Assembly (NCBI GenBank): GCA_964225545.1
Contig: CAXQPB010000185.1
Coordinates: 1,781-65,780 of the forward strand
Direction: 5' to 3'
DNA from: Nitrosopumilus sp.
Lineage (GTDB): Bacteria > Desulfobacterota > Binatia > UBA1149 > SPBQ01
Length of the DNA: 64,000 nt
This document shows positions 32,583 through 39,331 of this stretch, piece after piece (the stretch's first letter is position 1; each line of letters begins with the position of its first letter). The position numbers were made by a program, and so were the translations under genes. The notes beneath the pieces are model-generated. The model made no database searches. It saw only the letters and a program-made list of their open reading frames with translations, and was not told the DNA's origin.

Positions 32583-33392
32583 TCAGTCTTCGAGCAACGT
32601 TTCGCGCAGCCTGCCGACCACAGCCTCGTCGATGCCGATCGAGTGCAGGTAGGCTTCGGGAGATCCCCAGATCCGGTCGAGCTCGTCGAGCGTCCGCTCC
32701 ATGCGTTCGGGGGGACTCGACGTAAGGTAAGCGATCGCTGCGTCGTCCATGCCCAGCCGGATCATCTCGTCCCGATACGACTCAAGGACGGACCGGAGAT
32801 TCCCCTCCGAGACCGCATAGTCCGCGATCACATCCGCCTGCGATACGCCGAGCAACCGAAGGAGAACCGCGGCTACCACACCGGTCCGATCCTTGCCCCC
32901 GGTGCAGTGGAAGACGCACGCGCCGGACTCGTCGCTGGCGAGCCAGCCGAAGATCCTGCGCATGCTTTCGCCGCCCTCGTGAAGCATCTCCACGTAGCGC
33001 TCCTGGAGTTGCAGGTTCGCCCAGTCGATCTCCGGGCTGAAAGGGCTGAGCGAAATCTGCACGAGAGGGACATGAACATGACGTCGGCCCGCGACGAAGT
33101 CGCCCGTACCGTCGTTTTCGAGCTCGCGCTCGCTGCGCAGATCAAAGACGACCTCGATTCCGAGAGGATCGAGCACGGAGCTGTCGGCCTCCCCCAGTCG
33201 ATGCAGGGCGTCAGCCCGAAACACTCTCCCCCGGACTACCCGTGCCCCGTCTGCGCCGCGATGTCCTCCGAGGTCGCGAAAGTTGCTGGCCCCTTCGAGC
33301 GGAAGCGCCTGCGAGAGCTCCGCCTGCTCGCCGGCGGGCTCTGTGCCCTCCCCTCGCCCGTGCCTGTGCCCTGTTGCCGGTTTGCGTGTCAT
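32583..33392 (-). CDS. Protein tyrosine/dual-specificity phosphatase-like protein (Y_phosphatase3-like)
   Basis: 269 aa. NFRDLGG near the N-terminus. CX5R P-loop HCTGGKDRTG. Confidence 0.8.
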   Translation of the reverse strand: MTRKPATGHRHGRGEGTEPAGEQAELSQALPLEGASNFRDLGGHRGADGARVVRGRVFRADALHRLGEADSSVLDPLGIEVVFDLRSERELENDGTGDFVAGRRHVHVPLVQISLSPFSPEIDWANLQLQERYVEMLHEGGESMRRIFGWLASDESGACVFHCTGGKDRTGVVAAVLLRLLGVSQADVIADYAVSEGNLRSVLESYRDEMIRLGMDDAAIAYLTSSPPERMERTLDELDRIWGSPEAYLHSIGIDEAVVGRLRETLLED

Positions 33393-33482
33393 GACTGGCT
33401 TGTAGCTGCTGCGGAATACCCAGAAAAACCGCGCGATGCAGGGCGTTCAGCGGGAATCGCTACCCGGAACCCGGCCCCGCCT

Positions 33483-33511
33483 TTGACACCAGTCGCATCC
33501 GGGGTTAGCCT
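33483..33511 (+). promoter_or_regulatory. Candidate sigma-70 promoter for the riboswitch operon
   Basis: TTGACA (33483-33488), 17-nt spacer, TAGCCT (33506-33511). This puts the transcription start just before riboswitch helix P1. Confidence 0.5.
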
Positions 33512-33516
33512 CTGCG

Positions 33517-33641
33517 AGCCTTATCAAGAGTGGTGGAGGGATTAGGCCCTGCGAAGCCACAGCAACCGATTCGAACGGCCACGCCGCTTGAATGCCAGGT
33601 GCTAAATCCTACGCCCCGGGAAAAGGGGGTGATAGATGAGG
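33517..33641 (+). promoter_or_regulatory. SAM-I (S-box) riboswitch aptamer
   Basis: CCUUAUCAAGAGUGGUGGAGGGAUUAGGCCCUGCGAAGCCACAGCAACC...CCAGGUGCUAAAUCCUACGCC...GGUGAUAGAUGAGG. This matches the conserved S-box blocks UUAUCAAGAG-GGUGGAGGGA-GGCCC-GAAGCC-GCAACC-GGUGCUAA-UCC and the P1 closing strand. Confidence 0.9.
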
Positions 33642-33658
33642 CAGGGAACGCGGTACAG

Positions 33659-33724
33659 CCTCTTCCTTGCTCATCAATCCGGACGACCGAGTTCGGTCGA
33701 CTTGATGAGGGAAGAGGTTTTTTT
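33659..33724 (+). terminator. Intrinsic terminator (riboswitch expression platform)
   Basis: 5' arm cctcttcc(ttg)ctcatcaa 33659-33677. Inner hairpin cgaccg-agtt-cggtcg. 3' arm ttgatgagggaagagg 33702-33717. U7 tract 33718-33724. The 5' arm can instead pair with the P1 3' strand (gatgagg), giving an antiterminator. Confidence 0.85.
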
Positions 33725-34484
33725 GTACCCGATTTCGAACAGGAACGGATCGCAGGCCGCCCCTCGGGTGCTCATCGTGGGCCTCGGCGCGCTGGGCTGT
33801 CCGGCCGCGGAGACGCTGGCAGACAGCGGCTGTGTAGACCTCACGCTCGTCGACGACGACCGCGTAGAGCTTTCCAATCTCCAGCGCCAGACTCTGTTCA
33901 ACCGGGAAGACGCCGAGCGGGCGACTCCCAAGGCCATCGCCGCGGAGCAGGCTCTGTCCGGGCACGGCCAGACCCGGCGCGTCGAAGCCATCGTCGACAG
34001 AGTGACCGCGAAGAACGTCGCCCACCTGGTGAGCGAGAACGATTTCGTAATCGATGCCTGCGATAACCCGGCTACGAAACTGCTCCTCAACCGCGCCTGT
34101 GTCGCAGCGGGAACGCCGCTCGCCTACGGCGGGGTCGTGCGTACCGGCGGCCAGACAATGACGATCATCCCCGGCCGCTCCGCCTGCCTCGAATGCGCGT
34201 TCCCTGCCCTCGCAGAGGACGCCGAGACCGACGACGGAGACTCGTGCAGCCGAATGGGAATTCTTGCGCCGGTCGCGGGTGTGATCGGCTCACTGCAGGC
34301 CGTCGCGGCGCTCGAGACCCTCTCTGGCCGCAGCGATGGTGGAGAGATGCAAATCTACGACCTGACGGCGACGCACTGGCGTACCATCAGATTCGAACGG
34401 GATCCGGCTTGCGGGACCTGTGGACAGGTCGCGTCAGCGACGGACTCCGATACAGCCAGGAGGCTACCGACATGCCCTATGTAA
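33705..34484 (+). CDS. ThiF/MoeB-family E1-like adenylyltransferase lacking the N-terminal RYxRQ segment and lacking a rhodanese domain
   Basis: RVLIVGLGALGCPAAETLADSG...LVDDDRVELSNLQRQTLF...VIDACDNPATKLLLNRAC...SACLEC...GILAPVAGVIGSLQAVAALETL...PACGTCG, colinear with MoeB from about residue 33 onward. Start is uncertain: ATG 33705 lies inside the terminator 3' arm, and GTG 33768 is the next candidate. Confidence 0.85.
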   Translation: MREEVFLYPISNRNGSQAAPRVLIVGLGALGCPAAETLADSGCVDLTLVDDDRVELSNLQRQTLFNREDAERATPKAIAAEQALSGHGQTRRVEAIVDRVTAKNVAHLVSENDFVIDACDNPATKLLLNRACVAAGTPLAYGGVVRTGGQTMTIIPGRSACLECAFPALAEDAETDDGDSCSRMGILAPVAGVIGSLQAVAALETLSGRSDGGEMQIYDLTATHWRTIRFERDPACGTCGQVASATDSDTARRLPTCPM

Positions 34485-35737
34485 CCGGCATGAAATGCAG
34501 AGAGTGTGGCGAGAACTACGAGCTCGCTCCCGTCAACGTATGTGAATTCTGTTTCGGACCGCTCGAGGTTCAGTACGACTACGACTCCATTGCGGCAAGC
34601 ATCAGTCGCGAGAAGATCGAGTCACGCCCACGGAACCTCTGGCGTTACCGTGAACTCCTTCCCTGCGAAGGCGAGCCGCACATCGGGCTTTACTCGGGCT
34701 TCACCCCACTGGTCAAAGCGGACCGGCTGGCGGCGGCGCTCGGCGTCAAAGAGCTCTACGTAAAAGATGACTCCTGCAATCACCCGAGCTTCTCGTACAA
34801 AGACCGTGTGGTATCGGTCGCCATCACAAAGGCGATCGAGTTCGGATTCGATACTGTATCCTGCGCCTCGACGGGCAACCTGGCCAACTCGGTCTCCGCG
34901 CACGCGGCGCGCGCCGGGCTCCGATGTTTCATATTCATCCCCGACAATCTCGAGCGCGGCAAGGTCATCGGGTCGGGGATCTATGCACCTACGACCGTCG
35001 GCATTCGCGGCACCTACGACGATGTGAACCGGCTCTGCACGGAGATCGCCGACAAGTACCGATGGGCCTTCGTGAACATCAACCTCCGCCCCTTCTATAC
35101 CGAAGGCGCGAAGACATACGGCTATGAGGTCGCGGAGCAGCTCGGCTGGAAGCTCCCGCAGCACATCATCGTCCCGACCGCCGGTGGCACGATCCTTCCG
35201 AAGGTTGCGAGGAGTTTTGAAGAGATGGTCCGGGTCGGCCTCGTGGAGGACACGCCCTGGAAAATCTATTCTGCGCAGGCCGGCGGTTGTGCGCCTGTCG
35301 TCAACGCCCTGCACAGGGAGAGCGATCTCATCGAGCCCGTGCGGCCGGACACGATCGCGAAGTCAATCGCGATCGGCAACCCGGCAGACGGCTACTATGT
35401 CCTCGGTGCGGTACGCGGATCCGGTGGATGGGGCGACGCTGCAACCGACGAAGAGATCGTGGACGGGATCAAACTGCTCGCACGGACCGAGGGCATCTTC
35501 ACCGAGCCGGCCGGCGGCACGACGGTCGCAGTAACCAAGAAGCTGATCGAGAAAGGCCGCATACCACGAGATGAATCGATCGTGATCAGCGTGACGGGCA
35601 ACGGGTACAAAACCCTCGAAGCGGTCGCAGACAGCGTCGAACGACCGCACGTGATCGGCGCGCGACTCGGTGAGTTCGATGACCTGTACACCGGACTCGG
35701 CCCTGACGCGGGAGAACTCAATCGCGAGGTTGGCTGA
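34472..35737 (+). CDS. Threonine-synthase-like PLP enzyme (candidate MetM-type homocysteine-forming enzyme)
   Basis: 421 aa from ATG 34472 (SD ccaggagg 34457-34464). N-terminal zinc ribbon CRECG...CEFC. PLP-lysine context NHPSFSYKDR. TAGGTILP loop. The track ORF from 34193 is an upstream extension overlapping the E1 gene. Confidence 0.8.
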   Translation: MPYVTGMKCRECGENYELAPVNVCEFCFGPLEVQYDYDSIAASISREKIESRPRNLWRYRELLPCEGEPHIGLYSGFTPLVKADRLAAALGVKELYVKDDSCNHPSFSYKDRVVSVAITKAIEFGFDTVSCASTGNLANSVSAHAARAGLRCFIFIPDNLERGKVIGSGIYAPTTVGIRGTYDDVNRLCTEIADKYRWAFVNINLRPFYTEGAKTYGYEVAEQLGWKLPQHIIVPTAGGTILPKVARSFEEMVRVGLVEDTPWKIYSAQAGGCAPVVNALHRESDLIEPVRPDTIAKSIAIGNPADGYYVLGAVRGSGGWGDAATDEEIVDGIKLLARTEGIFTEPAGGTTVAVTKKLIEKGRIPRDESIVISVTGNGYKTLEAVADSVERPHVIGARLGEFDDLYTGLGPDAGELNREVG

Positions 35738-35783
35738 GCCCCTCTGCGACGAGTATAGTAAGGGACTTTTCAGGAGGATCCGG

Positions 35784-36062
35784 ATGGCAGTTCAGGTGAG
35801 AATACCGACCCCGCTGCGCAAATTCACGGACGGCCAGGAAGCCGTGCCGGCAGACGGAGCATCGATTGCGGAGGTCATCGAGGACCTCGAGGCAAAACAT
35901 CCCGGCCTCAAGGACAGGATCTGTGAGGCCGACGGCAGCGTTCGGCGCTTCGTCAATCTGTACGTCAACGGCGACGACATCCGATTCCTCGACAATCTCG
36001 GATCGGCCGTAAAGGACGGCGACGAAGTGTCGATCGTCCCGGCCATCGCAGGCGGCGCCTGA
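35784..36062 (+). CDS. MoaD/ThiS-family sulfur-carrier protein ending in GGA
   Basis: 92 aa from ATG 35784 (SD caggagga). MAVQVRIPTPLRKFTDGQ...FVNLYVNGDDIRFLDNLGSAVKDGDEVSIVPAIAGGA*. Beta-grasp carrier pattern with one residue after the diglycine. Confidence 0.85.
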   Translation: MAVQVRIPTPLRKFTDGQEAVPADGASIAEVIEDLEAKHPGLKDRICEADGSVRRFVNLYVNGDDIRFLDNLGSAVKDGDEVSIVPAIAGGA

Positions 36063-36130
36063 GCGGCCCGGCTCGCGTCGCGTCCGGCATCCGGTGCCGG
36101 TAAGCGACGTGACACCAGAGGGTACCCTCG

Positions 36131-37069
36131 ATGACCGTGGCCGCTTCGACGCAGAGAATTCCCCAGGTCCTCGATCTCATCGGTAAGACGCCGATGGTCG
36201 AGATTCGGCGGCTGCGCGGCAATACCCCGGACGGAGTGCGCCTGTACGCCAAACTCGAGGGCTTCAACCCTGCGGGTTCTGTCAAGGATCGACCCGCGTG
36301 GAACATGGTGCGGCGCGGGCTCGAGAGCGGTGAGCTCTGCCCTGGCAAGACCATCATCGACTCGACATCGGGCAACACCGGCATCGCTCTCGCGATGATC
36401 GGCGCGGCGCTGGGCTATCCGGTCGAGCTCGTAATGCCTGAGAACGTCTCGGCCGAGCGCAAACGGGTCATCTGCGCCTACGGTGCGAAGCCGATCTATT
36501 CGAGTGGACTCGAAGGTTCCGACGGCGCGCTGCTTCTGTGCAAAGAGATCCACGAGGCGAACCGCGACCGCTACTTCAAGCCAAACCAGTATTACAACGA
36601 GGCCAATCCCGAAGCGCATTACCTGACGACCGGGCCGGAGATCTGGCACCAGACCGAGGGCAGGGTCACGCACTTCATAGCCACACTCGGCACCGGCGGC
36701 ACGGCGATGGGCACCGGCAGGTTTCTCAAGGATCAGCGTCGCGATGTCCAGATCATCGGCGTGGAGCCTGACGATGCGTTTCACGGCATCGAGGGCCTGA
36801 AGCACATGGAGAGTTCGATCGTCCCCGGCATCTACCACGAGGATGAGCTGGACGTGAAGCTCGGGATCTCGACCGAGGAGGCCTACGACATGGTCCATCG
36901 ACTCGCCAGCGAGGAAGGCCTGATGGTCGGCCAATCGAGCGGCGCGGCGCTGGTGGCTGCGCACCGGGTAGCATCCGAGCTGGAACAGGGGTGCGTGGTC
37001 ATGATTTTCTGCGACTTCGGAGATCGTTATCTTTCGACGAATCTCTGGACGGGTTTCGGCAATCTCTGA
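36131..37069 (+). CDS. CysK/CysM-family PLP-dependent sulfhydrylase (cysteine synthase-like)
   Basis: 312 aa. IGKTPMVEI. PLP lysine in NPAGSVKDRPA. STSGNTG. LGTGGTAMG. SSGAAL. Confidence 0.88.
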   Translation: MTVAASTQRIPQVLDLIGKTPMVEIRRLRGNTPDGVRLYAKLEGFNPAGSVKDRPAWNMVRRGLESGELCPGKTIIDSTSGNTGIALAMIGAALGYPVELVMPENVSAERKRVICAYGAKPIYSSGLEGSDGALLLCKEIHEANRDRYFKPNQYYNEANPEAHYLTTGPEIWHQTEGRVTHFIATLGTGGTAMGTGRFLKDQRRDVQIIGVEPDDAFHGIEGLKHMESSIVPGIYHEDELDVKLGISTEEAYDMVHRLASEEGLMVGQSSGAALVAAHRVASELEQGCVVMIFCDFGDRYLSTNLWTGFGNL

Positions 37070-37085
37070 GTGGAGGTCGGCGAGT

Positions 37086-37325
37086 ATGGCGACACAACGT
37101 TTCTATCTCACGTACAGCGAAGAGAAGATCAAAGAGCCGATCATCTACCACGTCACCAAAAAGTTTGACGTGGTCACCAACATCCGGGCGGCTTCGATCT
37201 CTGACCATATCGGGATCGTCGCTCTCGAACTCGACGGCGAAGAGAGCGTGATCCTCGAGGCCGTGCGCTGGATCGCCGCTCAGGGCGTGAAAGTCGAGCC
37301 GATCCAGAAGAACGTCATCGAATAG
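37086..37325 (+). CDS. Stand-alone NIL-domain protein
   Basis: 79 aa. YLTYSEEKIKEPIIYHVTKKFDVVTNIRAASISDHIGIVALELDGEESVILEAVRWIAAQGVKVEPI resembles the NIL domain at the C-terminus of the MetN methionine-import ATPase. Confidence 0.7.
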   Translation: MATQRFYLTYSEEKIKEPIIYHVTKKFDVVTNIRAASISDHIGIVALELDGEESVILEAVRWIAAQGVKVEPIQKNVIE

Positions 37326-37366
37326 ATCACCCGCGAGAGCACGTGAGAACGCAGCCGCCAGGGGCT

Positions 37367-37918
37367 ATGCGAAGCCGAACGGCGTCGTTGACTGACGCCG
37401 AGATCGATCTGTACGCACGCCAGATCATCGTACCGGGCGTGGGCGCCGCAGGTCAGCTGCGGCTGTTGTCCTCGCCGGTTTATTTTCCGGGTCAGAGCGC
37501 AGACGCCCGGCTCGGTCGCCGCTACGCAGCAGCGGCGGGGATGCCGATTGTCCACAACGCTCAGGCCGCGACGCTCGCCATTGTGAGCCTGTGTCAGACC
37601 GAGCCTCTCGATATGATCGCGAGAATGATCGAATCGCGCACGGACTCGACGGCAGCCTCCAATCTGTCACAGATGCCGATCGTGCTTTACGGCGCGGAGC
37701 ACCTGCCGCGGCCTCGGATCGTTTGCGGCGCCGAGCAGCTCCACGCTGTGCGACGAAACTGTACGCCCCCCACTTCCACGCGTCCATCCGCGCATCTCAA
37801 CGCTGCCGCATGCGCTGCCGCAGGCACAGCGACGGCATTGATTCTCGGCTGGCGGGCGGCAGAGGGTTTCGGCGCAGACGGCCCGCGCCCTGTACGCCCC
37901 GCACGGTCCAATGGATAG
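37367..37918 (+). CDS. Degenerate E1-like (ThiF/MoeB-like) protein retaining the N-terminal YARQ segment but lacking the nucleotide-binding Gly loop
   Basis: SLTDAEIDLYARQIIVPGVGAAGQLRLLSSPVYFPG aligns by eye with MoeB LSDQEMLRYNRQIILRGFDFDGQEALKDSRVLIVG, but GxGxxG is replaced by YFPGQS. The C-terminal AAAGTATALILGW resembles the GviGslQA helix. Its stop overlaps the next start (ATGGATAG). ATG 37367 preferred over GTG 37343. Confidence 0.6.
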   Translation: MRSRTASLTDAEIDLYARQIIVPGVGAAGQLRLLSSPVYFPGQSADARLGRRYAAAAGMPIVHNAQAATLAIVSLCQTEPLDMIARMIESRTDSTAASNLSQMPIVLYGAEHLPRPRIVCGAEQLHAVRRNCTPPTSTRPSAHLNAAACAAAGTATALILGWRAAEGFGADGPRPVRPARSNG

Positions 37919-39215
37919 CCCCGTCCATCTCAAGGTCGAGCTGGCGATCAGCGGGCTGCGGCTGGCTCCAGAGCTCGCGGCCGAGCCCGCGCTGTTTACC
38001 GGTCTCCCGAGCCCGGCGGTCTCCGGCGGCGACGTTGAGCTGTTGCTCGCCGATGACGTGATCGCGCGCTGCCCTGTCAGCACGTCATCGGCTCGGCACT
38101 CACCGTACGAGCTGCGAACGGAAAACGACCGCTTCTATGTTGCCCAGATCGACTCCTCGGGCGCGATCACCGAGCAGGTGGGCGTAGACGTGATCGCGCC
38201 GCCCGCGTTCCTGGGAAACCGGACATCCCGGGGCACAGCGATGAACGAGATCGGCGCGGTGCACGCCGGTTACGTATCGATCGATCTGTCGGACGGCTGC
38301 GGTTTCGCTGAGTCTGGCAACCGCTGCAGATTGTGCAGATTGCGAACGGAACCTGTACCCGACTCCACGCGGGTCGGGCCACCGGCGGTCGATGACGTCC
38401 TCGAGGTGATCGGGGCTGCGTTTGCCGAGGGAGCAGCCGAGTTCGTGTACTTCGACATCGGTTTTCCCGGAACTCCCGACAGGGAGGCGGACGGAAGCGA
38501 CGCGCACGATCCGGAGGACGGCGGTTTCAGCGTGATCGAACCTTACCTGAGCGCGGTCAAGCGTGAGTTTGACACCCTCGTCGCCGTAAAGAGTCACCCG
38601 CCCGGCGATCACCGGTGGATCGACCGGACCTATGCAGCCGGAGTCGATGCGCTCAGTTACGCGATCTATATCCACGACGAGAAGAGACTTGCTGAGACCT
38701 GTCCGGGGCGCGCGAATCGGATGCCGCAAGAGCGTTACTACGAAGCGCTCGAGTATGCGGCACGCATCTTCCCCAGCGGAACGGTCTGGAGCGACCTCCT
38801 GATCGGAATGGAGAGGGAGGAATCAACCCGAGACGGCATTGACCGACTGACGGGGATGGGAGTACTGCCAATCCTGTCACTGCGTCCTTCCCTTGATGTC
38901 GCAGCGTCGAACGATGACGCGACCGATCACGAGCGCGTCTCGATCGAGCCGGAGAAGATCGCACCGCTGTACGCTCACCTGTATCAGACCGTGCGCGAAG
39001 CACGGATCAACGTCCAGCATATGCGCGATCTCGGATACGCCATCACCACGATGGAAGCTCGCTTTTTTGCGGGTGAAGATGCAAAACTGATCGTCGCGGT
39101 GAACGGCTTTTATCGCTCGCGCCTGGGCAGTCGCGCGGTGCGAGGACTGTCGAAACTCCGCCGTCGACTTCGAGTGCGCAGGGTTCGGGAATCGTTCGAT
39201 TCCTCTCAACTCTGA
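37911..39215 (+). CDS. Uncharacterised radical-SAM-like protein with a CX8CX2C motif
   Basis: 434 aa. VHAGYVSIDLSDGCGFAESGNRCRLC (Cys130/139/142, nt 38298-38336). Later TIM-barrel-like pattern (AGVDALSYAIYIHDEKRL...RYYEALEYAARIFPSGTVWSDLLIGMEREESTRDGIDRLTGMGVLPI). Basic C-terminal tail. Family not recognised. Confidence 0.5.
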   Translation: MDSPVHLKVELAISGLRLAPELAAEPALFTGLPSPAVSGGDVELLLADDVIARCPVSTSSARHSPYELRTENDRFYVAQIDSSGAITEQVGVDVIAPPAFLGNRTSRGTAMNEIGAVHAGYVSIDLSDGCGFAESGNRCRLCRLRTEPVPDSTRVGPPAVDDVLEVIGAAFAEGAAEFVYFDIGFPGTPDREADGSDAHDPEDGGFSVIEPYLSAVKREFDTLVAVKSHPPGDHRWIDRTYAAGVDALSYAIYIHDEKRLAETCPGRANRMPQERYYEALEYAARIFPSGTVWSDLLIGMEREESTRDGIDRLTGMGVLPILSLRPSLDVAASNDDATDHERVSIEPEKIAPLYAHLYQTVREARINVQHMRDLGYAITTMEARFFAGEDAKLIVAVNGFYRSRLGSRAVRGLSKLRRRLRVRRVRESFDSSQL

Positions 39216-39331
39216 ACCCGGACGGCAGGCAAAGCGCAGCCACGTTGAACGGCATGAACTCGAAGCGGAGCGAATACGTTCTTCCTGCACGAGCGGAAGA
39301 GTGCGACGTGAGACAGCGCGTGTAACCGAAA

